Numbered from the stretch's first letter, positions 1-8,446 are shown. The stretch: DNA of 32,000 nucleotides from Sphingobium bisphenolivorans (GCF_000412635.1 NZ_ASTG01000006.1:3254-35253), one strand, 5' to 3'. Translations and numbers: made by a program. Notes: generated by a model not told the origin, from the sequence alone.

Positions 1-333
1 CGCCCTTGCCGATAGAGCCACCGCGAAACTCGCCGAATAGCTGTAGGTGGTGACGCTCGGCCGACCCTTGCCGCCCCCGCTCTTGCTCTTCGTCTCCTTG
101 AGGTCGGTCGCCCAGATCACCGATCCCGCGACCCGCATCGTTCCGAACAGCTTGGGCAACTGCGCGCCGTAGGTCGACGTCTGCACCTGAACGTCGGCCA
201 GCCGCCGGCCCTGCACTCCCTTGGGCTTGAACAGCACCGCATGGTCGAAGGCGTTGCCGATCAGCCCGCCAATCGCCGCGCCGAGCGGCCCGCCGACGGC
301 AGTCCCCAGCGCGGTCAAAACGATCGTAGCCAT
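1..333 (-). CDS. GTA/phage tail host-specificity (RcGTA gp15-like) protein, N-terminal part only (runs off window)
   Basis: Reverse strand from CAT at 331-333 reads MATIVLTALGTAVGGPLGAAIGGLIGNAFDHAVLFKPKGVQGRRLADVQVQTSTYGAQLPKLFGTMRVAGSVIWATDLKE..., typical start of baseplate/host-specificity proteins; follows the NlpC/P60 gene as in RcGTA. Confidence 0.8.
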   Translation of the reverse strand, partial: MATIVLTALGTAVGGPLGAAIGGLIGNAFDHAVLFKPKGVQGRRLADVQVQTSTYGAQLPKLFGTMRVAGSVIWATDLKETKSKSGGGKGRPSVTTYSYSASFAVALSARA

Positions 334-346
334 GTTCCCCCTTTCG

Positions 347-745
347 TTACGCTCGCCAGTGGCCAATCACCGGCCAGGGCGACTGGCCGGGCATCTCCAC
401 CACGCGCCTCAGTCCCGCATGAGCATGGACGTGACCGCCCGGCACCTTGATCATCAGGTGCAGTTGCAGCGGACCTGCGCGAACCAGGGCCACGTCGCCG
501 GCCATGGCCCTCGACACCTCCTTCAGACCGGCGGCGTTCAGCCAGTCCCGCGCGCGCGCTTCATTCCCCGAACGCAGGCCATATTCGTCAGGCACCACGC
601 CTCGATGTCCCGCCCCTGCATAGGCCAGCGTCGTCAAGCCGACGCAATCCAGACCTCGCGCGTCGCGCCCATGCAGGCGAAAGGGCACGCCGACCAGTGC
701 CCGCGCCGCTGCGACGATCCTCGCCGCCCGATCCGGATCGCTCAC
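347..745 (-). CDS. NlpC/P60 family cell-wall peptidase (RcGTA gp14-like)
   Basis: VSDPDRAARIVAAARALVGVPFRLHGRDARGLDCVGLTTLAYA...HLMIKVPGGHVHAHAG: catalytic DCxGL and downstream His. GTG start at 745 overlaps the previous gene's stop (GTGA). The track's start at 853 is too long. Confidence 0.82.
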   Translation of the reverse strand: MSDPDRAARIVAAARALVGVPFRLHGRDARGLDCVGLTTLAYAGAGHRGVVPDEYGLRSGNEARARDWLNAAGLKEVSRAMAGDVALVRAGPLQLHLMIKVPGGHVHAHAGLRRVVEMPGQSPWPVIGHWRA

Positions 746-1557
746 GCGCCGGGATAGCGGGTCAGCAGGTCGGTGCCCGGCAGGTAGGGCTCCCCCCGGA
801 AGTTCACCGCATTGCCGAAGCGCGCGACGCAACTGTCCAGCCGCCGGTCGCATCCTTCGGTCAGCAGCGCCAGCGCCTCCGCCTCGACCGGGGAGGGCGG
901 CGGGTCCGCCAGCATCACCGCGCTGGCATCATTGTCGATCACACCCTGAACGATGCCGCAGTTGCGCCCGTTCAGCCAGCGCAGCGAGCCAAAGGCATAA
1001 TGCCCCACCTCCAACTCGCCCACATGCGCCACGGTGCCGGCAACCTCGCTCACCCGCACCAGCCGCCGCCGTCCCGCCATATCGACGCGGCACTCCCGAT
1101 CGCCCAGCGCCGCGCGGCAGTCCGGCGAGGTCGAGGGCGCAACCGGACCCTTGAGCGCCGCCATCGCGCCCACCAACTCAGCCGTGAACGCGCCGCCCTT
1201 GCGCGCCACCGCGCCGATCTCTCCCCTCGCCAGCAGCAGCCACATCGCGCCCGGCTCCTCCCATTCGGTGAGGCGCAACTCCAGCGCAGCGCCATCCCAT
1301 CGGCCCGCCATCAGGTCCGCCTCGCTGATCGCATCGGCGACCAAAGCGCCCACGATATCGGCGTCACCCCCTTCCACACCGATCCCGCTGCGCACGGCGG
1401 ACGGCGTCATCCCCGGCGCCGCGCGGTAGCGGACATACCCCACCAGCAGATCCCGGTCATGGCTCGTCAGGCCGATCGCCACACCGTCGCGCCGCTCCAG
1501 CCGCCAGCAGAAGGCCAGCGTCGCAAGCGGCTTGTCCAAAGCCTCCAGCCCGATCAT
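742..1557 (-). CDS. DUF2163 family phage/GTA protein (RcGTA gp13-like)
   Basis: MIGLEALDKPLATLAFCWRLERRDGVAIGLTSHDRDL...; position in cluster; ATGA overlap with upstream gene at 1554-1557. Confidence 0.82.
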   Translation of the reverse strand: MIGLEALDKPLATLAFCWRLERRDGVAIGLTSHDRDLLVGYVRYRAAPGMTPSAVRSGIGVEGGDADIVGALVADAISEADLMAGRWDGAALELRLTEWEEPGAMWLLLARGEIGAVARKGGAFTAELVGAMAALKGPVAPSTSPDCRAALGDRECRVDMAGRRRLVRVSEVAGTVAHVGELEVGHYAFGSLRWLNGRNCGIVQGVIDNDASAVMLADPPPSPVEAEALALLTEGCDRRLDSCVARFGNAVNFRGEPYLPGTDLLTRYPGA

Positions 1558-3884
1558 TCGCGTATCTCCACCAGCGGTACGGAGGGCGCCTCGCCCGCCG
1601 CGAAGGTCGCCCTGTTGATGTCCAGCCGATCCTCGGCAAAGCGCACCGGTACGTCGAAGCGGAAGCCGGCCGTCAGCACCGCGCCCTCCGCCGGCGCCGT
1701 ATCGAAGGCGATCACGCCCAACCCCACATGGCTCCACCCGCTGGTCAGCTCGACGCCGTCGGCCGCGACCCTGATCGTGCCAGCCACAGGCCGCGTCACC
1801 CGCCGCACCTGGGCGTCCTCGCCAGCCCCGTAGAAGCGCTGCAACCGAAACTCCGCCCGCACCCCGTCACCCACGCCCAGCCGCTGGTCGAGCGCGCCCG
1901 GCGCCTCGCCCACGGCGCAGCTGCGATCATCATAGGGGTCGGTGAAGCGGAAGCCGCGCGCAGCCCCGCGCCGCGCCCGGAAGAAAGCAATCAGCGCCGC
2001 GATGTCTGCTTCCGACCGCACCCCCGGCCCTGCATCGAAGGACAGGCGCGCATCCGCCCAGTCGCTGCTCCTGCGCTCATGGCCGGAGGGGCTCTCCACC
2101 ACCTGCGTTGAAAAGCTCGGGGCCACGCTCGCCTCCCGCCCGATAGGCAGAGGAAAACTCACATCGTCAAAGGCTTGCACATCATTCTCCCCATCCAGCC
2201 TGAAGCAGGTGAAGCCATCGCGCGCCACCTGCGGCAGCGCCCATATAAATGTCGCCGCCGTGCCCCGCTTGACCGCCGCCTCCGCCGCCGCGGCGATCTC
2301 GCGCCACTGCCCTGCCTCCTCCGGACGCAGGACGAACCCCGAAAAATAATGCTGCTCCTCGACCGGGTAGCCGAGCCGTTCGGTCGCCACCTCGACGCCG
2401 CGCGCCGTCAGCCGCTCGCGCCCCTGCGTCACCCAGTCATAATCCTCCAGCTGGAGCACATCGAAGGCCGGGGACGCCCACCCGACCGGCATGTTCGCCC
2501 GCTTCGCCTCGGGCGCGAGCGGATCGAGCACCGTCGGCAGATAGGCGAGCAGATGCGTCACGGCGCCCGGCGCCAGCCCCTTCACCCAACTGCAAAGCGC
2601 CGCCGTCGAAGCGGCCAACACCGCCCCCGCCTGATCCAGCAGCGCCTTCTGCGCCGCGCTCAAAGCACTCCGCACATCGGGAATGGAAACCGGCGCTCCG
2701 CCAAAGGCCGCTCGCGCCGCATCGTCATACAGGCAGATGCGCCCATCGGCGGGCATGACCCACCACCAGGGTTCACCAACCTGGAACCGTATCGGAATTT
2801 CGGCTGCCAACCCTATGTAAACAAAGGCGCCCGCAACCAGCCGCAAATAGCTCATGGCGCCCTCATGGGCAGGCGACAGCAAAGTCGATGGCGGTGTCCA
2901 CCCGGTCAGTGCCGGCTCGCCATTCTCCGCTCTTTGCTTCCAGTCGTTCCAGCAATGCGCGTCGAACAGTTCGTAGGACAGCGACCAAATGATCCCCAGC
3001 CCCAGCGCCTTCGCGCGTCGTGCGAAGTCCGCGTGCCAGGCGGCGCAGGGCGCATTCAGAACGCCGCCCGCCAGGCTGACATAGTGGCCGCCGCCCAGCG
3101 GTTCGAGCCGGAAATAATGGCTCATCCCGACATAATGGTTGATGTCGCCGCGATAGCCGAGCGCATGGATCATCGCCACGATCCGCTCCGGCGTCTGGTT
3201 GAAACAGTCGTCATAGCCCGTCGCCATTGACAGGCCATGTTCGGGCAGCACGACATCGCCGATGTGCAGCACCGATCCGGCACCATCGCACTGGATATCA
3301 GTCAGTTCTGCCCAACCTTCGACACCCGCTGGGAACGGCGTGCTTCCCGCATCATATCCAGGGGGCGCGAGCGAGATGAACATCCGATCGACATCGCCTG
3401 CCCAAACCGGGTCAGCTTCGCCCGGCAACAAAAATCCGCCTGCAAGATCAGAGAAGTTCAACTCGATTTCAGCATCTTCCGCGGTACCGCTCGCATAGTT
3501 CCACAGCCGCACATACCAGCTTCGCGGCTCGCCCGCCGCATCGCGCCCCTCGATCGCCAACGTCGGGCCATGCGTTTCATCCAGCCGCCGCAACCCGTCG
3601 CTCCGCCAGCGAAAGCGCAGCACGCACTGGCGAAAATCCCGCGCCGTCTCATAGGCCAGCAGCGGATGACTCCATCTGTCCTCCGCTTCCCAGATCAGCC
3701 CCGCCAGATCGCCCGATCCGTAAAAGACCGCATCCACGCGCAGCGCATCAGGCGCCGTGGTCACGACCGCCGCCATCATCGGGCGCGGGAAATTGACCGT
3801 CCAATGCGTCGGCGCAAACCGCTTGATGAAGCGGCTGTCCTGCCCCCGCCTCCGGTCGGCGAGCCAATAGTCCAGGCCACTCAT
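1554..3884 (-). CDS. Distal tail protein: C-terminal DUF2460/TIGR02217-type domain (RcGTA gp12-like) fused to a ~580-aa N-terminal region with TIM-barrel/glycosidase-like sequence
   Basis: 776 aa. C-terminal ~190 aa (FSTQVVESPSGHERRSSDWADARLSFDAGPGVRS...FRFTDPYDDRS...) is DUF2460-like. N-terminal region contains HALGYRGDINHYVGMSHYFRL...AKALGLGIIWSLSYELFDAHCWNDW...IPIRFQVGEPWWW...VLQLEDYDWV. Confidence 0.8.
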   Translation of the reverse strand: MSGLDYWLADRRRGQDSRFIKRFAPTHWTVNFPRPMMAAVVTTAPDALRVDAVFYGSGDLAGLIWEAEDRWSHPLLAYETARDFRQCVLRFRWRSDGLRRLDETHGPTLAIEGRDAAGEPRSWYVRLWNYASGTAEDAEIELNFSDLAGGFLLPGEADPVWAGDVDRMFISLAPPGYDAGSTPFPAGVEGWAELTDIQCDGAGSVLHIGDVVLPEHGLSMATGYDDCFNQTPERIVAMIHALGYRGDINHYVGMSHYFRLEPLGGGHYVSLAGGVLNAPCAAWHADFARRAKALGLGIIWSLSYELFDAHCWNDWKQRAENGEPALTGWTPPSTLLSPAHEGAMSYLRLVAGAFVYIGLAAEIPIRFQVGEPWWWVMPADGRICLYDDAARAAFGGAPVSIPDVRSALSAAQKALLDQAGAVLAASTAALCSWVKGLAPGAVTHLLAYLPTVLDPLAPEAKRANMPVGWASPAFDVLQLEDYDWVTQGRERLTARGVEVATERLGYPVEEQHYFSGFVLRPEEAGQWREIAAAAEAAVKRGTAATFIWALPQVARDGFTCFRLDGENDVQAFDDVSFPLPIGREASVAPSFSTQVVESPSGHERRSSDWADARLSFDAGPGVRSEADIAALIAFFRARRGAARGFRFTDPYDDRSCAVGEAPGALDQRLGVGDGVRAEFRLQRFYGAGEDAQVRRVTRPVAGTIRVAADGVELTSGWSHVGLGVIAFDTAPAEGAVLTAGFRFDVPVRFAEDRLDINRATFAAGEAPSVPLVEIRE

Positions 3885-4480
3885 CCGTTCAGCGCTCCCC
3901 TCACCGCCCGCGCCACCTGCCGCGCACTGCGCGCCAGCAGCCGTGCACCGTCCTGCCCTTCGCCGCGGCCTTGCACCGCGATGCTCACCCGCACGTCGCG
4001 CGCGCCCGGCGGGCCGTGCGCGACCACCTGCCCGCTTGCCGTCGGCACGAACAGTTCGGGACCCCGCTCCCCCACCATATAGGCGCGCCCCGGCGATACC
4101 GGCCCGCCGGTCGCCCGCCCCGGAGCGCCCAGCGCCACCGCAGCAAGCTTCAGCAACCCGCCGCCGTCGCTCACACTCGCCACGCCGGACCGCAACGCAT
4201 TGGCGGCGATGTCGTCGAGCGTGCGCAGGGCGATCCGCTTCAGATCCTCAAAGCCGAACTGCCCCGTCCGCACCGCGCGCAGCAGCCCCTGTTCGATGCG
4301 CCGGCCCGCCCGCTCCGCACCCGACGCCAATGGTCCCTCCAGCTCCCCGCGCATCGCCTCGACGTCACGTCCAAAAGCCTGCCTATCCGCCCGCACCCGC
4401 ACGACCAGATCATCGATGTCCTCGTCCAAGCCCCACCTCCCAAATGCAAGAAGCCCTCCCTTCAGGTTCAGCAGGGCCAC
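3881..4480 (-). CDS. Short tail tape measure protein (RcGTA gp11-like)
   Basis: 199 aa, DEDIDDLVVRVRADRQAFGRDVEAMRGELEGPL..., Gly/Ala-rich C-terminus; located between tail chaperones and distal tail gene; start codon uncertain. Confidence 0.7.
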   Translation of the reverse strand: MALLNLKGGLLAFGRWGLDEDIDDLVVRVRADRQAFGRDVEAMRGELEGPLASGAERAGRRIEQGLLRAVRTGQFGFEDLKRIALRTLDDIAANALRSGVASVSDGGGLLKLAAVALGAPGRATGGPVSPGRAYMVGERGPELFVPTASGQVVAHGPPGARDVRVSIAVQGRGEGQDGARLLARSARQVARAVRGALNG

Positions 4481-4581
4481 ATGACTCTGCTGAAGGCTGG
4501 GGAAGGACCTTTCGCGCTCACCTCCCGGCGCCCCGCTTCCTCAACTCCGCCGTTTCGAGCGAAGTCGAGAAACAGCCCGCC

Positions 4582-4776
4582 TCAATCCGGCATCATTCGC
4601 CGCAAACGCTCCAGTTCGCCCGCATCGACGCCAAGTCCCGTCTCCTCCTCTCCCCGCGCCGCGCGCAGCACCGCCTCCAGCTCGTCCGGCGTCGATCGCC
4701 AGAACTCGTCCGGCCGCCACCCCAGCAGCCATCCCGCGACCCCGGCCAACCGGGCCGCCGCCTTGAAGAAGCTCAT
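4582..4776 (-). CDS. Phage tail assembly chaperone-like (RcGTA gp10.1-like)
   Basis: MSFFKAAARLAGVAGWLLGWRPDEFWRSTPDELEAVLRAARG; ATGA overlap with upstream gene. Confidence 0.75.
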   Translation of the reverse strand: MSFFKAAARLAGVAGWLLGWRPDEFWRSTPDELEAVLRAARGEEETGLGVDAGELERLRRMMPD

Positions 4777-5084
4777 CGTCCCGCCAGTATCTGCTTCAGG
4801 ATGATCCGCAGCACCGGCGACAGCCTCGCCAGTCCGGCGCCGACGATCGCCTCGCCCAACGCTTCGCGCGTCAGGCCGCTCGGCGGATCAACCAGACAGT
4901 GCCAGAACAGCGCCGCCATATCGGCCAGTGACAGCTTTCCGTCCGCCGCGCGCTCCACCAGGTCGAACAGCGGCCCCAATTCCTCCTCCGCCGCCACCAG
5001 CGCCGCGAAGCTCGGCCGCAGCGTCAGCGTCTCGCCGCCAAGGTCCAGCGCGGCCTCGCCCCGCGCCCCATTCGCCCCGCTCAC
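4773..5084 (-). CDS. GTA family protein / tail chaperone (RcGTA gp10-like)
   Basis: VSGANGARGEAALDLGGETLTLRPSFAALVAAEEELGPLFDLVERA...; GTG start overlapping upstream stop. Confidence 0.75.
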   Translation of the reverse strand: MSGANGARGEAALDLGGETLTLRPSFAALVAAEEELGPLFDLVERAADGKLSLADMAALFWHCLVDPPSGLTREALGEAIVGAGLARLSPVLRIILKQILAGR

Positions 5085-5488
5085 AGCGACACCACTGCGC
5101 CAGAGCTTTCCAGGCTCAGCGCATAATTGCGCTCGCCATTATAATCGCCCGCATAGTCAAGCCGGGTGACCAGGAAGCGGCCGCGCATCCGCTCGCCGCT
5201 TTCGAAGCTCAGCTCGTAATCCTCGATCGTCCCGGCCAGCGCATGGTTGCGCAGCCGCACTTCCGCCGCCGATCCGGTGAAAATCCCGGCCGCCGACACG
5301 CTGACCGATCGCACGCCGGCGCCCGAAAGCAACTCGCGCCAGCCGCCGCTGTCCTTGGTCGTGACGTTGACTGCCTCGCCATTCACCGACAGCTGCGTCG
5401 TCCGCATGCCGGCGACGGTCGCATAGGCTGCGGGGCTACCGCCATCGCCTATTCTCAACAGAAACGCGCTTCCTTTTTCCACAGCCAT
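5081..5488 (-). CDS. Major tail protein (RcGTA gp9-like)
   Basis: MAVEKGSAFLLRIGDGGSPAAYATVAGMRTTQLSVNGEAVNVTTKDSGGWRELLSGAGVRSVSVSAAGIFTG...; good SD (AAAGGAG) before ATG. Confidence 0.85.
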   Translation of the reverse strand: MAVEKGSAFLLRIGDGGSPAAYATVAGMRTTQLSVNGEAVNVTTKDSGGWRELLSGAGVRSVSVSAAGIFTGSAAEVRLRNHALAGTIEDYELSFESGERMRGRFLVTRLDYAGDYNGERNYALSLESSGAVVSL

Positions 5489-5543
5489 GGAGCATTCTCC
5501 TTTAAGACAAGTCGTGCATGAATCGGGATTTGGAGAGGTTTAG

Positions 5544-5873
5544 ATGCTCGTTGCCGCACCCCTCATTTTGATGCTGGCCGCTGCTCCGCAGGGTGCCGAC
5601 GCGGTCGGCGCGGGCCGCAAGGCCTATTCGGAATGCTTGTCGAAGCAGATTCAGCCTGCGCTCGACAAGAAGCTGACGCTCGCCGACTTCCAGTCCGCAC
5701 TGAAGGAAAAGTGCGGCGCGCAGGAAACAGCCTTCCGCACCGCCATCGTCAACGACGACAAGTCCAGCAAGATGTCCGATGCGGACGCACAATCGGACGC
5801 GGACGAACAGGTTTCGGAATATAAGGACAAGATCGTCGGCGAGTTCGAGGATTATTCCAAGCCCGGCGGCTGA
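5544..5873 (+). CDS. Hypothetical small exported protein encoded against the GTA cluster
   Basis: 109 aa, MLVAAPLILMLAAAPQGADA signal-peptide-like start; upstream GGAGAGG SD-like; fills a gap between DUF3168 and major tail genes. Confidence 0.65.
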   Translation: MLVAAPLILMLAAAPQGADAVGAGRKAYSECLSKQIQPALDKKLTLADFQSALKEKCGAQETAFRTAIVNDDKSSKMSDADAQSDADEQVSEYKDKIVGEFEDYSKPGG

Positions 5874-5899
5874 CCGCGCGCTCCGCATCCCCACTCAGC

Positions 5900-5981
5900 G
5901 TCATGCTGAACTTGTTTCACCATCCATCCATCGCCCCGAGCGATAGCCTGTGGAGGCGCGGTGGATGCTGAAGCGAATTCC
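5900..5981. repeat. REP-like imperfect inverted repeat
   Basis: GAACTTGTTTCACCATCC (5908-5925) versus reverse complement of GGATGCTGAAGCGAATTC (5963-5980): 14/18 identical; intergenic. Confidence 0.5.
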
Positions 5982-6063
5982 TCGCAACATTATGCGTCGT
6001 GCCTCAGTCTGAACTGACCTGCAGCGTGCAGAAAAGGTTCGGCCGCGGTTGAGACAGATCGCG

Positions 6064-6459
6064 TCAGCCCCGCACCACCCGCAGCCGATAATCCGCCACG
6101 CCCTGCCAGCCATCCCGCGTTCCGGTCCGCGCCACACGCGAGCGCACCAGCCGCGCGCTGATGACCCGCCACTCGGCCCCCGCGCCGACATCGCGAACCA
6201 CCAGATCGATCAGCGCCAGCAGCGCTCCCAGCCGCTCCGGCCGCTCCCCGACATCGTACAGCTGGATCGCCAGCGTCAGTTCGCGCCCATCAACATCCTT
6301 CGCACCCCAGTCGTTGCCCAGGCAGTCGCCCACCACCGCATAGGGCTCGCTCGCCCGCCCCGGCCTGCCATCGAACAGGCCATTGAGGCCGCTCATCAGC
6401 GCGCTGTCCGCCCGCAAAGCCTCGATCAGGGCCGCTCGCACCGCCACCTCAGCGCTCAT
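6064..6459 (-). CDS. DUF3168-like tail terminator/completion protein (RcGTA gp8-like)
   Basis: MSAEVAVRAALIEALRADSALMSGLNGLFDGRPGRASEPYAVVGD...; ATGA overlap at 6456-6459. Confidence 0.78.
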   Translation of the reverse strand: MSAEVAVRAALIEALRADSALMSGLNGLFDGRPGRASEPYAVVGDCLGNDWGAKDVDGRELTLAIQLYDVGERPERLGALLALIDLVVRDVGAGAEWRVISARLVRSRVARTGTRDGWQGVADYRLRVVRG

Positions 6460-6662
6460 CCCCGTCCCCTTCCCGCCTCACGCAGCGCCAAATCGCTGAG
6501 CCACCGCCGCCTCAGCCCCGGCCCGCGCAGCCGCACCAGTTCACCTTCGATGCCGACATCCTCGACGCCGGCCGCGCGCACCGCCGCCGCGATTTCACGG
6601 CGCCGCTTCTCCGCCCCGGATTCCATCAGCGCCTCCACCAGCGCCTGCAGCCGCGCCCTCAT
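6456..6662 (-). CDS. Small head-tail adaptor-position protein (RcGTA gp7-like position)
   Basis: MRARLQALVEALMESGAEKRRREIAAAVRAAGVEDVGIEGELVRLRGPGLRRRWLSDLALREAGRGRG (68 aa); ATGA overlaps on both sides (6456-6459, 6659-6662). Only the 3' part of the track's 6456..7049 ORF is credible. Confidence 0.65.
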   Translation of the reverse strand: MRARLQALVEALMESGAEKRRREIAAAVRAAGVEDVGIEGELVRLRGPGLRRRWLSDLALREAGRGRG

Positions 6663-7138
6663 GTCAGCCGCATCCGCCGCCAGGGCCGCCACAGCGCGCT
6701 CACGACAGCAGGCGGCGTCGCCACCTGCCCGTCCCGTGCTCCGAAATGCTCCGCCGCCAGCCGCACTATGCCCTGCCGGATGGCATCGGGCAGCCCTTCG
6801 GCATCCTGCGCCATGCCTGCATGATAGCGCACGGTGGCCATGCCCACATCTGGACGTACCCGTACCCAGCCGTCCCCCGCCGCATCGATGTCGATCGCAT
6901 AGGCATCCGCCGCCAGCGCGCTCCCCTGCGCCTCCACGCCCAGGATAGCCACGACGGGCCGCCCCGACAGCCTCTGCCATGTTCCGTCCGCACCCGCCGT
7001 CTCGCTGGCCTCGCGCACGATCAGCCATTGTCCGATGAACTGTTCGCAAAGCCCCGTGGCGCTCGCCAGCAGCCGCTCCAGCACGCCATCCTCATCATCC
7101 GACCCGATCCGCAACCAGGCCTTAAGCTCCACCAGCAC
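6659..7138 (-). CDS. Head-tail connector protein (RcGTA gp6-like)
   Basis: MLVELKAWLRIGSDDEDGVLERLLASATGLCEQFIGQWLI... typical Gp6/DNA-packaging connector start. Confidence 0.8.
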   Translation of the reverse strand: MLVELKAWLRIGSDDEDGVLERLLASATGLCEQFIGQWLIVREASETAGADGTWQRLSGRPVVAILGVEAQGSALAADAYAIDIDAAGDGWVRVRPDVGMATVRYHAGMAQDAEGLPDAIRQGIVRLAAEHFGARDGQVATPPAVVSALWRPWRRMRLT

Positions 7139-7262
7139 GCGCCGCCCTCCCCTTGAAAAAGGGGGACGCCCTACGGACGCCCCCAGCTTCCTTCTCCCTC
7201 CCGGAGAAGGATACGCAGCCTTGCCAGCTCTGCTGGCTAGGCGAAGTTGGATGAGGCCGACG

Positions 7263-8375
7263 TCAGGACGCTGCGAACTTCATCAGCTTGATCGCCTCCG
7301 AATTGGCGACCGCGCCGCCGATCCGCTTGACCGCATAGAAATGCACGAACGGCTTGTTGCTGAACGGATCGCGGAGGATGCTCGTCTCGCTGCGCTCTGA
7401 GACGACATAGCCCGCCTTGAAGTTACCAAAGGCGATCGAGAGCGACCCCGCCGCCAGATCGGGCATGTCCTCGGCCTCGATCACCGGATAGCCGAGCAGC
7501 GTCGCCGGCTGCTCTGCGGCCAGCGAAGGCTGCCAGATGAATGCGCCGTCGGTCGTCTTCATCTTGCGGATGACCGCCAGCGTCGCCGAATTCATCACGA
7601 AGCACGCCCCCTGCCGGTAGGGGGCCCGCAGGCTCTGCACCAGGTCGATCAGCTTGTCCGGACCCGCCGCCGTGAACGCACCCGAAGCCCCCGACGCCAC
7701 ATATTGCAGCGACCCGAATGCGCGCACGCTGTCCGCCTCGTTGGTCGTCGTATAGGTCAGGAAGCCCTTGGGCTTGTTCGTTCCATTGCCGTTCACGAAC
7801 GCCGCACCCTCTGCCGCCGCGAACTCGCGCGCAATCTCGCCCGCCAGCCAGCTCTCGACATCGAACTCAGCGTCGTCCAGCATCGCCTGGCTCGCCGCCG
7901 GATTGGCGTAGAGCTCGCCATAGGGCGGCACGATCTCGTTGAAGCTCGGCGTCGCCGTCTCCGTCCGTGCACCCGTCTCGCTCGCCCAGCCCGACACGAT
8001 GCCGCCCGACGTCACCAGCTTGCGATAGCCCGCCGATCCCGTGCGCACCACATTGGCGATGCTCCTGATCGGCGAGATGCTTTTCAGCGTCGCGTCGATG
8101 ATCTGGTCGATCTCGCGGGGCACCGCATAGCCGCCTGCCGTGCCGGACGCCCCCGAAAAGCTCTTCAGCTCCACCCCCGCCTCAAGCCCCTGCCGCAGAT
8201 AGCGTTCGACAAAGGCAGCGTGCCGCGGATCGGCGGCCCCGCCCTTCACCCCGTCCAGCGCCGGCCGCTGCTGCGCCAGCAGGCTCCCCTTCAGCGCGGC
8301 GACCTCACCCTCCAGCTCCGCGATGCGCTCACCCCGCACCACCGCGTCAAAGCTTGCTTCCAACTGGTCCGTCAT
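7263..8375 (-). CDS. Phage major capsid protein, HK97 family (RcGTA gp5-like)
   Basis: N-terminal coiled coil, then SGTAGGYAVPREIDQIIDATLKSISPIRSIANVV...FGNFKAGYVVSERSETSILRDPFSNKPFVHFYAVKRIGGAV. Confidence 0.93.
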   Translation of the reverse strand: MTDQLEASFDAVVRGERIAELEGEVAALKGSLLAQQRPALDGVKGGAADPRHAAFVERYLRQGLEAGVELKSFSGASGTAGGYAVPREIDQIIDATLKSISPIRSIANVVRTGSAGYRKLVTSGGIVSGWASETGARTETATPSFNEIVPPYGELYANPAASQAMLDDAEFDVESWLAGEIAREFAAAEGAAFVNGNGTNKPKGFLTYTTTNEADSVRAFGSLQYVASGASGAFTAAGPDKLIDLVQSLRAPYRQGACFVMNSATLAVIRKMKTTDGAFIWQPSLAAEQPATLLGYPVIEAEDMPDLAAGSLSIAFGNFKAGYVVSERSETSILRDPFSNKPFVHFYAVKRIGGAVANSEAIKLMKFAAS

Positions 8376-8394
8376 CCACTACTCCCACGAAAAA

Positions 8395-8417
8395 GGGCGG
8401 CCCGAACCGGACCGCCC
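8395..8417 (-). terminator. Probable minus-strand rho-independent terminator/attenuator between prohead protease and capsid genes
   Basis: Plus strand AAAAAGGGCGGCCCGAACCGGACCGCCC (8390-8417): 10-position stem with one mismatch, loop AAC; the minus-strand transcript ends in U5. Confidence 0.7.
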
Positions 8418-8446
8418 GCACAGAAACCTCTTGAGCGCCCAAGCGC

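Noticed and set aside
2175-3230. 351-aa plus-strand ORF antisense to the distal tail protein
   Set aside because: The reverse frame encodes a coherent 776-aa tail protein; the antisense product looks like GC-skewed noise.
3943-5169. 408-aa plus-strand ORF antisense to tape measure and tail genes
   Set aside because: Low-complexity Pro/Arg/Ala composition and opposite to coherent GTA genes; no motif or SD support.
6663-7049. Upstream part of the 197-aa minus-strand ORF 6456..7049
   Set aside because: Overlaps the well-supported head-tail connector gene in another frame; an ATGA junction at 6659-6662 gives a better start.
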